Below are positions 39,389 to 52,545 of a DNA stretch of 64,000 nt, one piece after another (the first letter of the stretch is position 1; each line of letters begins with the position of its first letter). The position numbers and the translations under genes are program-made. The DNA comes from Azolla caroliniana (taxonomy: Eukaryota; Plantae; Polypodiophyta), in NCBI GenBank assembly GCA_043228905.1, contig JBHGNT010000108.1:20267-84266 (forward strand), written 5' to 3'. The notes beneath the pieces were generated by a model. It saw only the letters and a program-made list of their open reading frames with translations. It did no database searches and was not told where the DNA came from.

Positions 39389-42300
39389 TGGGTACGAAAC
39401 AGTTCCCTCCTGATGGGAAGTGGCCGAAACCGGATGACGAATGCCCAGCTACGGAGAGCCGGGTGACGAGTACCCGGCTACGGAGAGCTGGATGGTGCAG
39501 ACCCGGTGAGAACCGGATGACGAGTACCTAGCTACGGAGAGCCGGATGGTGCAGACCCGGTGAGAACCGGATGAGGAGTACCCGGAAAGCGCCGGATGAT
39601 GCAGGCTCGATGAGGAGTGCTCACCAGATGAAGAGACATATTCGTAAATATGTTTTTGAGAGTCCATCGTGGCTATATTTGTAAATAGCCGAAAAGTCAT
39701 ATTAGTATAAATATGACTTAGGGCAAACTTTTGTGAGTGTGTTGTCATTCTTGTTTGCGCAAGATCAGAGCGCGTAACTGTGTACAGAGAGAGAGAAAGA
39801 GAGGAAGAGGTCGTTGCCTCTATTGTAACCGCCGCCTATGGCGAATATAGAAAGCTCGAGGTTGTCGCCTCGGTGCTTTACTGTTGTACGTTGTAACATA
39901 GTGATAGTTTGCAGCCTGTGGGCTGCCGTGGTTTTTCCCTAGTTTGGGTTTTCCACGTAAACATCCTGTGTACTCTTCTCTTCACTGTGTCGTGCATTCA
40001 TTCCCCGTTTTTTTTTCTGTGTATGATTCTAAGCTCGGTTGTGGCCGAGCATTGCGCATAGGGGGCGTGTAGTTCCTGTCAAAGTGGTATCAGAGCAAGG
40101 CAACACAGAAAAGTGGACGATTCATTGGGAGGCATGGTCAAGCTCACCGGCTCCAACTATTCGGTGTGGAAGTCGAAGATGAGGGACATTCTCGTGGTTA
40201 AAGACCTTTGGCTGCCGGTTCAGTTCGGGGACAAGAGACCGGACAAAATCGACGCCGCGATATGGGAGGTGATGCACATGAAGACAACGGCGTATATACG
40301 GTGCTTCATCGACATGAGCCTATACAACAACTTCAATGAAGAGAGCACGGCTCATGAGCTCTGGGAGAAGATCAGCATTATGTTTTAGAACAAAAATGTT
40401 GTTAACCAGGTTTCGGTATTCCAGAAGCTAGTAAGACTCCGATACCAAGATGGCTCCAGCATGGTGGAGCACATGAATGCCTTCCAGGTGTTGATCCACT
40501 AGGCAACATCATTGGAAGTACCTCTTGCCGATGAGGTACTAGCATTACTCCTGCTCGGTTCCCTCCCAGATAGCTGGGAGACGTTGGTTGTTACCTTGGG
40601 CAACGCCGGGCCGGAAGGGAAACAGTTATCCCTAGCAAGAGTGAAGTCGAGCTTGCTAGATGAGGAGGCACGTCGGAAAGATAAGGATACGAGCTCCGAC
40701 TCCAAAGCGCTCCTTACCGAATCGGAACGCGGAAGACAAAGGAACCGTAGTCCCCAAAACCGGGAAAAGTCGGGGACACGGTCAAAGTCAAGGGGGAGGC
40801 CTACTTGCTTCTATTGCGGCAAGCCGAGACACTTCCAGAAGAACTGTCGGCATTTCCGAAAGGACAAGGAAACCAACGGTACCGATTCGAAGCGGACACC
40901 GGACCGAAACGGTAAAGACCGGAGGGGAACGGACCGGAAGGGAATGACGGCAATCACGGCAAGTGAAGAAGAGTTGATGCTCATCACTAAGGAGAGTGAG
41001 ATAAACCTTGCCGGCGACGAGATGACCTGGGTGGTCGACTCCAGAGTGTCGTTCCACCTTACCCCGGACCGGAAATGCTTCTCATCCTACTCAGCCGGTG
41101 ATCACGGCTGTGTCCGGATGGGGAATGAAGGTACATGTCAAATTGTCGGCATAGGAGACGTGTGGCTGTCAACACCAACCGGATGCAAGATGCTGCTGAA
41201 GGATGTCCGACACGTTTCGGAGGTTCGTCTAAACCTTATATCAGCCTGTTGGCTAGATGATGAAGGCTACACGGGTAGCATCCGGAACGGTGTTATGAAG
41301 TTCAGCAAAGGGAGGCTGCCTAATTGTGGCTCGAGCCTGGAAGGTAAACACGATGTACCTGATGAATGCTCAGTTATGTCCGGAGGAAGTGAGCATGGCA
41401 TCCGACATTGCCGGTGAACAGTGGCACAAAAGGTTGTGTCACATGAGCGAGAAGGGGATCAAGAGGCTTGCAGACGACAACCTCATTCCAATGAAGAACG
41501 TGCACTTGGAGAAGTGCACTGATTGCCTTGCCGGTAAGCAAAACCTTACCACTGGAGTTGGTGCATACTGATGTGTGTCAAGTGGACACGAAGTCACATG
41601 CAGGATCGCAGTACTTCGTGACATTCATAGATGACCACAACCGGAAGTTGTGGGCCACACCGTTGAAGACGAAGGATCAAGTGTTATCCATCTTCAAAGA
41701 GCTCCATGCGAGAGTGGAAAGAGAAACCGGCCGGAAGCTGAAGGCGGTTCGAGCAAATATCAGAGATGAATATCGGGGGTAGTTTGAGGAGTACTGTCGC
41801 TTGAAGGGAATCCGGCTTGAATTTACCGTGCTGAAGACGCTGGAACGAAACGGGTTGGCCGAGAGGATGAACCGGACCATAATGGAGAGGGTCCGGAGTA
41901 TGGCGGCGCATGCAAAACTACCCAAGAAGTTTTGGGCTGAGGCACTGTCAACGGCGACATATGTGATAAACAGATCACCCTCAGTACCCTTGGACGAAGA
42001 CACGCCACAGAGAGTCTGGACCGATAAGGAAGTGTCCTACCGGCATCTGAAAGTATTCGGGTGTCTTGTGTACGTGCATGTTGTTAAGGACCGGAGAGGA
42101 AAGTTGGATCCAAAGACCCGACCATGCATATTCCTCGGTTACGGCGACGATGAGTTCGGCTACCGAGTGTGGGACCTGGTCGACAAGAAGGTGTTCCGGA
42201 GTCGAGATATTATCCTCATGGAGGACAAGACGCTCGCCGACTGGGAGTCGGAGAAGAAGATAATGAACTCTGAGTCGACCAGTAAGGATCGATTCTACGA

Positions 42301-42899
42301 TGAGCAGACCCAACCGGCAAGAGACCGGTTAGCACTCGAGGAACCAGCCGGTTACGGTGAGGATACCGAACCAGCAGAAGAAGAAGTAGAGGAAGCTGAA
42401 ACCGGAACCGACCAAGACCCCGAATCGGATTCGGATGAAGATCAAATAGTGGAGCCGGTTGCCGAAGACCAAAGACGGAGATATCCTCTCAGAGAGAGAA
42501 GATTTCCGGATTCAGAGCATGTGCTGCTGACCAATGAGGTGTTGGGATTACGGTCCCTCCGGATGGGATGGTCGGATGTCCGGGAATCGGATGATGAAGA
42601 CCCCGACTACGGAGCCGGATGCTAAAGACTCCGGCTACGGAGCCGGATGATGAAGACCCTGGCTACGGAGCCGGATGCTGAAGACCCCGGTTACGGAGCC
42701 GGATGACGAATGTACCCGGAGAGAGATCCAGATGCGGGGACATATTTGTGAATATGTTTGCCAAGAGCCCTTGAGGCTATATTTGTAAATAGCCCGAAAG
42801 TCATATGTGTATAAATATGACTTAGGGCAAACAGTTTAAATGTTGTTACTCATTTTTCTGGTTTTCCACTTAGAGGGAGCTAAGTGAGCAGCCGAGAGA

Positions 42900-42935
<36 letters not shown>

Positions 42936-45332
42936 CGAAGAGGTCGTTGCCTCTGTGTATTACCGCCGCCTGTGGCGAAGACAGTGAGCTCAAGGTCGTT
43001 GCCTTGTAGCTTCACCATTGTACACCTCTGTTTATAGTGATAGTTGGAGTTTGAGGACTCCCGTGGTTTTTCCCATCTAGGGTTTTCCACGTAAAACATC
43101 CTGTGTACTCTTTTCTCTATTACCTTTGTGCATTTTGTATTTCCCGTTTTCTGAGAGTTGATCCTATTCCTCGGTTGTGGCCGAGCGCTGTTTTGCAACA
43201 TGAGGGAGAGCCGGAAAGCTTCGAAGAAGCGAAGGATGACACCCACAGCCGCAAATGGTTGAGTGCCATGCAGGATGAGATGGATTCCCTAAATGAGAAC
43301 CATACATATGAATTGGTAGAGTTGCCGAAAGGAAATCGGGCACTCCGAAACAAGTGGATGTACAAGTTGAAACGGGAGATGCCGGTAACCCCCCGAGGTA
43401 CAAAGCCAGGATCGTGGTAAAGGGATTCCAGTAGAAGAAGGGCATGGACTTCGACGAGATATTTGCCCCGGTAGTAAAGATGACCTCCATCCGGACGGTG
43501 CTGAGTATAGCGGCAAGCATGGACCTCGAGGTAGAGCAGCTAGACGTGAAGACAACATTCCTTCACGGTGACCTCGAAGAGGAGATCTACATGCAGCAAC
43601 CGGAAGGATTCGTGGAGAAGGGGAAGGAGCACCTGGTATGCCGGTTGAAGAAGAGCCTGTACGGACTGAAGCAGGCTCCCCGACAATGGTACCGGAAGTT
43701 CGACTCCTTCATGACCGATCAAGGGTACCACAAGACGCAGGCCGATCACTGCGTGTTTGTGAAGAAGTTCGAAGGAGGCGACTTCCTGATACTCCTTCTG
43801 TACGTGGATGACATGTTGATCGTCGGACGGGACCAAGTCAAAATACGGATGTTGAAGAAGGCTCTCAACCGAACTTTCGCAATGAAAGACTTGGGTCCAG
43901 CAAGGCAGATGCTGGGGATGCATATCATCCGGAACCGGCCATCAAAGCAATTGTGGCTGTCACAGGAGAAGTACATGACAAAGGTGCTTCAGCGGTTCAA
44001 CATGTTGGAAGCGAAACCGGTCGGAACGACACTCCCGGCAAACTGCAGATTATTTGGTAAGCAAAGCCCGAAGAAGAAAGCAGAGAAGGCTGATATGATG
44101 AAGGTTCCATATGCCTCTGCCGTTGGGAGCTTAATGTACACAATGGTGTGTACCCGACCAGATATAGGATACGCAGTCGGAGTGGTGAGCCGGTTTATGA
44201 GCAATCCTGGAAAGGAGCACTCGAACGCAGTCAAATGGATACTCCGGTACTTGAAGGGCACTTCGAATATGTGTCTCCGATTCGGCTCCGGAAAACCTCA
44301 ACTTGACGGTTTTACCGATTCGGACATGTTGGCTGATGTGGATACAAGCCGGTCCACATCCGGGTATGTAATGACATATGCAGGGGGAGCTGTTTCGTGG
44401 CAGTCGAGGCTGCAGAAGACGGTTGTGTTGTCAACCACGGAGGCGGAGTACATGGCGGTTGTGGAAATCGGCAAGGAAATATTATGGATGAAGGACTTCA
44501 TCGGAGAGCTCGGTATCAGGCAAGATGAATACCGGCTCTACTGCGACCGTCAAAGAGCCATCCACCTTGCCAAGAATGCGGCCTACCATTCCCGGACGAA
44601 GCATATCCAGCGAAGGTATCACTGGATCTGGGAAGGAGTAGATGACCAGGAGTTCGCGTTGACGAAGATCCACACGGTTGAGAACAGGTCAGATATGCTG
44701 ACCAAAGTACTGATACCCGACAAGTTGGATGCATGCCGGAAGCAGATCGGACTAGTAAGACAGCCCATGCCGGAGTGAAGGGGGAGTTTGTTAGGAAACA
44801 AATCCCTCCGGATGGGAAGTGGCCGAAACCGGATGAGGAATACCCAGCTACGGAGAGCCGGGTACTACGGAGAGCCGGATGGTGCAAACCCGATGAGAAC
44901 CGGATGACAAGTACTCGGCTACGAAGAGCCGGATGGTGCAGACCCGGTGAGAACCGGATGACGAGTACCCGGCTACGGAGAGCCGGATGGTGCAGACCCG
45001 GTGAGAACCGGATGACGAGTACCCGGAAAGCGCCGGATGATGCAGGCCCGGTGAGGAGTGATCACCGGATGAAGAGACATATTCGTAAATATGTTTTTGA
45101 GAGTCCATCATGGCTATATTTGTAAATGGCCGAAAAGTCATATTAGTATAAATATGACTTAGGGCAAACTTTTGTGAGTGTGTTGTCATTCTTGTTTGCG
45201 CAAGATCAGAGCGCGTAACTGTGTACAGAGAGAGAGAAAGAGAGGAAGAGGTAGTTGCCTCTGTTGTAACCGCCGCCTGTGGCGAAGATAGAAAGCTCGA
45301 GGTTGTTGCCTCGGTGCTCTACTGTTGTATGT
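39389..45332 (+). mobile_element. Degenerate Ty1/copia element B (3' LTR interrupted by gypsy D)
   Basis: 5' LTR ~39389-40081, iMet PBS 40085-40096, gag-pol with stops and frameshifts 40113-44778, PPT, 3' LTR from 44789. The LTRs carry 54-bp repeats. Confidence 0.9.
42540..43200 (+). mobile_element. Solo LTR of the copia A/E family inside element B
   Basis: TGTTGGG...CAACA, TSD TGAGG (42535-42539 / 43201-43205). Confidence 0.95.
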
Positions 45333-45791
45333 TGTCGTGAAGATTTTCGTCCATGGGCGGAAACCGGGGTGGAAGGGGGCAAGTCGGCGGTGTGCAACCT
45401 GTGCACATGTATACTAGGATATGGTGTATAGAGAGTGAGGGGACATTTTGTCCCACATTGTAAGGTCCCTCCCTCCTTGGGCTATAAAAGGAGGGGAGGG
45501 GTCACTTATGGAGGGGTTGCCTATTTTGTGCGAGTAAGGTATACCACTTAGTCGAGGGGTTCTCCCTCTTCCCTTTTCGTTTAGGGTTAGGGTTTCGGTT
45601 AGGGTTTTCTTCTTGGGTTTCCCTTTAGGGTTTTCGGATAGTCATTTTGGTGCGGCCATGGCGGCCACCACTGTTGTAACCATTCGTTGTTTTAACATAA
45701 CTTGTTGAGCATCTTGCCTCCGCCGATCTCTCCTTCGATGTCGTGGTCTTATTCTTTCCTCTTCTCCTCTTGAGCTAAGCCTCCATATCAT

Positions 45792-48700
45792 TGTTGAGAA
45801 GCAAGCTCAACATGGTATGTGATGCTTATGAGAAATAAGCTATAGTAGCTATTTAGCTACTAGTGAACAAAAAGGTAAAACAGCTATTTAGCTAGTGACA
45901 GCTAATTAGCTAGTGAACAGCTATTTAGCGACTGACAGCTAATTAGCTGCATGTGTAATAACTTATGACTTAGGTAAAAGTAAGTGAGAGTGAATAGCAA
46001 GTAAGCAGTAAGAAAAAACAGAGAATAGTGAGTAGAGAACTCTGAGAGAGTGAGAGACCAGAAGACTGACGAGAGCAAGTTGAGCTCTACATGTAATAGA
46101 AGAAAACCATTTTGCTACTACAGAGGTAAGTCCCCTTTCCTTTCTCTGTCTGTTTAGAGCACGCTAACGATCCAGCACACTACGATCCGCCGCGCATACA
46201 AAAGAAGAGCCCGAGTGCCTTCTTCACGTTTTCTTAACATGGTATCAGAGCAGAGTAGCTCGTAAGGAAGAGTATAGCAGTGCCTTAATCTGAGAAAGTT
46301 ATTTCTCTGGTTGCTGATCAGAAATCAGAAAGTTACTTGTTGAAGTAACTAAAGCAAACCCCTGGTTTTTTGGAAGGAAAAAAAATGGCTGCAGAGAATG
46401 TAGGCCAAATGGTCACAGAGAAATTAGATAAAAACAATTTCCCGGCGTGGAAATTCAGAATGACAAACTTTCTGATGGGGAAAGGATATTGGGATTACAT
46501 TGAAGGAGACCTAGAAGAGGCTCCAGAGATCCCAGAAGAGAATGCAACGGCTGCACATATTAAGGCATTTAAAGATTGGAATCAAGGGGCAAGGAAAGTA
46601 ATGCATTGGCTATCACTCAGCATCTCAGATTCGATGCTTGGGCACATACAGGATGCTATGCTCCCAAAAGAAGCTTGGGACAGTTTGGTAAAACTGTTTG
46701 CAGTAAACACAAAAGCTAGAAAGCTACAGTTGAAGACTGAGCTAAATACCTTAGAAAAAGGTAAGATGTCAATAAATGAGTATGCCCTAAAAATCAAGAG
46801 TATATGTGAATCACTTGCTTCTATCAATGTGAAGATAGAAGATGATGACAAAGTGGAAACATGCTTAAGAGGCTTAGGACCTCAATACAAGAGTTTTAAA
46901 ACTTCTATGCTCACAAGGGATAGTATCCCAAGTTTTTCAGATCTGGTCTCAATGCTTGTGGTAGAGGAAAGGAATCAGATGGATGATGCAAATAAAGGAA
47001 ACTCAGAGAATGAGGGGCAAGCCCTCTATAATAATGCCGGAAGAGGCCGAGGAAGAGGCCATGGAAGATTTGGCTCAGGAAGAACCAATAATAATGGCTT
47101 TCAAGGAAGAGGACAACAAGCTCATAGAGGAGGAAACAACAACAGAGGCAGGGGGAGCAACCGAGGTAGAGGTAAGCAAACTTATGTAAATGATGATGGC
47201 TGCTGGTATTGTGGTAAACCAGGCCATACACAGGCTGAATGTTACAAGAAACAAAATGATGAGAAAAGAGGAAAAGGACAACAGAGTAACTATGCCTCTA
47301 CTAGTGAAGATTGTGAAAAGGAAGGTGTTTTTGTAGTGCAACATGAGATAGCAGCAGTGGCTGAAAGCTCACAGAAATGTAATGAAGAGTTTACGTGGTA
47401 TGTAGACTCGGGGGCATCTAACCATATGACTGGACATGCAAATTGGTTTGAGAGTTTAAGAGAACCAGAGGTTCCTGGTTATGTACAAACAGGTGATGAC
47501 ACAACTCACCAAATAAAACATGTTGGAGATATCCCATTGTGGGAAGAAAGAGGAAAAACCAAGTATATGTTGAATGTGATGCATGTTCCAAACCTTGCTA
47601 AGAATCTGATTTCTGTTGGACAGATTGTAGAGCAAGGTATGCAAGTAAAGTTTAAGCCAAGTGGATGCTATATAGAAAAGAATGGGAAGCTCATTGCAAA
47701 AGGGAAGAGACAAGGAAGAATGTTTATCTTGGATGTAGAAATGCCCAAACAGATTTCAGCCATGTTTGCAAATGGAACGAGTGTAATCTCAGATGTGGAA
47801 ATGTGGCATAAAAGGATTGGCCATATAAGTATGCAAACATTAAAGAATATGTTGAGAAAAGATGCAGTGGCTGGACTGCCAAACTTGAAAAAGTGTGAAA
47901 TGGGAAAAGTATGTGAAGCATGTCAATATGGTAAGCAAAACAGGTTGCCATTCCCTCATGAGAGACATGTAAGCAAAAATCTATTGGATTTGGTACATAC
48001 AGATGTATGGGGACCAACAAAGAATGCATCTATTGGTGGATGCAGATTTTATGTTACATTTATTGATGATTGTTCACGGAAGACATGGGTGTACTTCATG
48101 AAGGAGAAAAGTGAAGTATTTGACTGTTTTCGTAAGTTTAAATGCATGGTAGAAAAGCAGGCTGGTACAAGGATAAAATGTTTGAGATCTGATGGAGGAG
48201 GAGAGTATTTCTCCAATGAATTTTCTGATTTTTTGTGTAATCAGGGAATAAGAAGACAGTTCACATGCCGATATACTCCACAGCAAAATGGAGTTGCTGA
48301 GAGGAAAAACAGAACTTTGGTGAACATAGCAAGGGCAATGATGACTGAGAAGAACATGCCATTATACTATTGGGCAGAAGCTGTAAATACAACAAATTAC
48401 ATTTTAAATAGATGTATTACATCAGGAGTACATGAGGCAACTCCTGAAGAGTGTTTTTATGGCAGGAAGCCTAGCTTACAACACTTGAAAGTGTTTGGAT
48501 GCCTTGCATATGTACATGTGCCTGCAGAAGTAAGAAGTAAGTTGGATCCAAAAGCAGAAAAATGTATCTTTGTTGGATATTCAGAAGAACAAAAAGGGTA
48601 CAGATGTTATAACCCTGTGACTAAAAAGATTGTGACAAGTCGAGATGTGATATTTGATGAGTTGGCTAGTTGGTACAGCCCAAAACAGAATCTAGAGACT

Positions 48701-51216
48701 GATGAAGACTGTCAAAATGAAGACAAAGACAGATCAGAAAATGTAGAAGACTGTCACAGAGATGGAGACAAGGTTGGACAGCAAAGTCCAACATCAACAG
48801 AATGTTCTGGACCATCAAAAAGCTCAGATGGTAAATCTGATTCAAATTCATGGAGTGGAAAAACTGGACAGAAAAAATCTGATGACAAAAAAGGAAAACA
48901 GAAAATGCCAGAGTATGAAATCCCGGATGACCTATCAAAAAACATGGAAGATGAAGATTCAGATATGTCTTTGGATGATTTCCTTGGAATACAGGAAATG
49001 AAAATCCCTGGTATGGAAAAGGCAATAAAGAATGCAAATCAGTAACTGAGAAGATCAGATAGAGAGAAAAAGACTGTGGAAAGATTTGGGTATGATACAT
49101 ATATGGCTATGCACTATGCATATATGTCTAAGGTGGTATAGATCCCTGACCCAAACAGCTTTGAAGAAGCAAAATCTGAGAAGAAATGGATGGATGCAAT
49201 GCAAGAAGAGATTGATGCATTGGCTGAGAACAAAACGTGGGATTTAGTGAAGTTACCAAAAGAGAAAAATGTGGTAGGCTGCAAATGGGTCTACAAGACA
49301 AAGCATGACTCCAATGGGAATGTAAGTAGACATAAAGCAAGATTGGTTGCAAAAGGATATGCTCAAATGCAAGGGATTGATTATGATGAGACTTTTGCAC
49401 CAGTTGCAAAGATGGCAACCTTGAGAACACTACTTGCTGTAGGAGCAGCCAGAAAATGGATTTTGCATCACATGGATGTAAAAAATGCTTTTTTACATGG
49501 TAACTTGGAAGAAGAAGTGTATATGAGTCACCCACCAGGTTTTGAAGATAAGAAACATCCTGATTATGTATGTAAGCTGAAAAAAGCTCTCTATGGACTG
49601 AAACAGGCACCAAGAGCATGGCACAGAGAACTTTCAGATTCTCTGAAAAATCTTGGTTTCAAAATGTCAAAAGCTGATCCTTCCTTGTATGTAAAAAGTG
49701 AAAATGATTGCATTGTTATTATTCTGATTTATGTAGATGATTTGATTATTGGAGGAGATTCTGTGGATGAAATAAGAAAGTTGGAAAAAAATCTGGAAAT
49801 GCAGTTTCATATGAAAGATTTGGGAGATCTGAGATATTTTCTTGGTATTGAAATCATCAGATCTGAAAGTGGTATATGTATGTTGCAAAAACAGTATGCA
49901 ACAACTATGTTGAAAAAGTATGGTATGCTTGGATGCAAACCTATTGCTGTACCACTTGATAAAAACTGCAAGTTGAGGGCTGATTTGGGAGCCAAGATAG
50001 AAGATGTAAACATGTACAGGTCTATGGTGGGCAGCCTTATTTATTTGACTATAACAAGACCTGATTTGAGCTATGCTGTTGGATTAGTCAGCCAGTTTAT
50101 GCAACAGCCAACAAAGCCACATTTGGACTGCATTAGAAGAATTCTGAGGTATGTAAAAGCTACTCAGAACTATGGATTGTTTTACAGGGCTGATTTGGAC
50201 ATAAATCTGGAAGGATATACAGATGCTGATTGGGCTGGAAGCCAAACAGACAGGAGATCCACAAGTGGATATATCTTTACATTGGGAAGTGCAGGTATTT
50301 CATGGAGTAGCAAGAAACAGGCTACTGTTGCATTGTCTAGTACTGAAGCTGAGTACAGAGGAGCTGCCATAGCCACTTGTGAAGAGGTATGGATTAGAAG
50401 ATTGCTTGCTGATTTGGGAGAGTATATAGACGGTACTGTCACAATTTGGTGTGACAACATGAGCAGCATTCAACTTGCAAAGAACCCTGTGTTCCATGCA
50501 AGAACAAAGCACATTGAAGTGCATTATCACTTTGTTAGAGAAAAAGTGATTGAAGGAGAAGTTGATCTGGTGTATGTGAATACAAATCAGCAGGTTGCTG
50601 ATATTCTCACAAAGGGATTGAGTGTGGAAAAGCATACACAGTTTCGGAACATGATGGGAGTTGTAAACATTGATGAGATGGCTAAAAAGCAAAATGGAAA
50701 AGAAGATTGAAGAGAACCTCAAGCAAGAATAAGTTGAGCTTGAGGGGGAGTGTTGAGAAGCAAGCTCAACATGGTATGTGATGCTTATGAGAAATAAGCT
50801 ATAGTAGCTATTTAGCTACTAGTGAACAAAAAGGTAAAACAGCTATTTAGCTAGTGACAGCTAATTAGCTAGTGAACAGCTATTTAGCGACTGACAGCTA
50901 ATTAGCTACTGGCAGCTAATTAGCTGCATGTGTAATAACTTATGACTTAGGTAAAAGTAAGTGAGAGTGAATAGCAAGTAAGCAGTAAGAAAAAACAGAG
51001 AATAGTGAGTAGAGAACTCTGAGAGAGTGAGAAACCAGAAGACTGACGAGAGCAAGTTGAGCTCTACATGTAATAGAAGAAAACCATTTTGCTACTACAG
51101 AGGTAAGTCCCCTTTCCTTTCTCTGTCTGTTTAGAGCACGCTAATGATCCAGCACACTACGATCCGCCGCGCATACAAAAGAAGAGCCCGAGTGCCTTCT
51201 TCATGTTTTCTTAACA
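45792..51216 (+). mobile_element. Full-length AT-rich Ty1/copia element C
   Basis: LTRs 45792-46239 and 50751-51216, TSD ATCAT, iMet PBS at 46240, PPT gagggggag. Confidence 0.97.
46385..50710 (+). pseudogene. Copia C Gag-Pol with two in-frame stops
   Basis: Single frame with TAA at 49043-49045 and TAG at 49139-49141. Motifs CCHC, YVDSGAS, HTDVWGP, IYVDD, TDADW and RTKHI. Confidence 0.92.
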
Positions 51217-52336
51217 ATCATGTCCTATACTTTCTCCTCCACTCCCTAGTCCAAGACCCCCGCGGTCCCGCCCCTTCTACACGCACGCGCGTAACAACGC
51301 GACATCTTTGGTGAACCCGACGTGAAGGGCGGCAAGGGAGCATGGAGATGGAAGAAGACTTGGACTTCGAGGAGATGATGGCAAAAATCGTGATGGAAGC
51401 CGGATGGAAGATGGCAAAGCGAGATGCGGCTCAACAAGCCGTCGAAAGGGTGGTCGATAGAGTCGGCCGATTCAACGGGGACGATGTCCCGAGGTTCTTG
51501 GAGGCGTACGAGGCCGAGATGGCGAAAGGGGGTGTGGACGAGGAGATGCGGCTAGAGTATTTTCCTCGAGTGGCGGCCGCATCGGTGCACAAGGAGGTCA
51601 AGGAGCTACGAGAAGCTCACGAGTCGTGGGTGTCCTTGGAGGTAGCCCTATTGGAAGCGTGCGGATACGCGAAACCGGAGTGGGTATGCCGGCAACCCGT
51701 TGGGGAGCGGCCGGCAACAACGTGGCCCGCGAGCGGCAGAGAAGAGAGAGCGGCGAGTGAGTACGCACTGCCGCCGGAATAGAGCTCAACGCAAAACGGT
51801 TCGGAGGAGCTCGACCTAGAAGCGCTACTACGAGAGGCATGCGAGCTTGTGAAGGCGAAAATCGGAGCCGAAGAAGGGCTTATTATGGAGTCGGGCCGGA
51901 GGCGATCGGAGGATACGGAGGAAGAAGCCTCCCTAGACGTAGAAGGCGGGGCCTATACGGAGGCCGGGAGAGCGTACGACGGCGAGATAGGAGAGGGTGC
52001 GGAGCAAGCGACCCTCTTGCCTTGCGGTGAAGGGACGGCCATGGAGGCCGGTAACTACGGATTCGGGACATGGCGGCCCGAAACATCGAGTGAGGAGCGG
52101 ACGAGTGGCGGAGCCGGGTCCTTACCCACACCGGTCCTAGAGGCTCCGGTGGCCGGCCCGAGTGCCGGCGTGAGACCTAGAGCGACGGGCGGTGGTGGCA
52201 GCAAGGCGGCCTACCACGGCGACGAAGAGAACGAGGAAGAGATAGCCACAGACCACGGCGTCCGAACGTGTTGGGATTTCGGTCCCTCCGGATGGGATGT
52301 CCGGAGATGAATGATGGCAAGCCCGGTTGCGGTTAT

Positions 52337-52545
52337 GGAGCCGGATGATGAAGACCCCGGTTACGGAGCCGGATGATGAAGAACCCGGCTACGGAGCCGG
52401 ATGATGAAGACCCCGGTTACGGAGCCGGATGATGAAGACCCCGGTTACGGAGCCGGATGATGAAGACCCCGGCTACGGAGCCGGATGATGAAGACCCCGG
52501 TTACGGAGCCGGATGATGAAGACCCCGGTTACGGAGCCGGATGAC
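52337..52545 (+). repeat. 28-bp minisatellite in the element E LTR (7 full units plus a partial)
   Basis: Unit ggagccggatgatgaagaccccggttac. Confidence 0.95.

Larger units (their letters stand above)
45333..52268 (+). mobile_element. Ty3/gypsy element D, 5' part (LTR 45333-51304 split by copia C; Trp PBS; degenerate gag)
   Basis: Starts TGTCGTGAAG like gypsy F. The LTR ends GCGACA, then tctt TGGTGAACCCGACGTGA. The gag fragment VGRFNGDDVPRFLEAYEAEM resembles F gag IGRFDGKDATKYLASYGAEM. Confidence 0.85.

Noticed and set aside
52337-52545. CRISPR-like array
   Set aside because: Contiguous 28-bp units without unique spacers, inside an LTR, in eukaryotic DNA.
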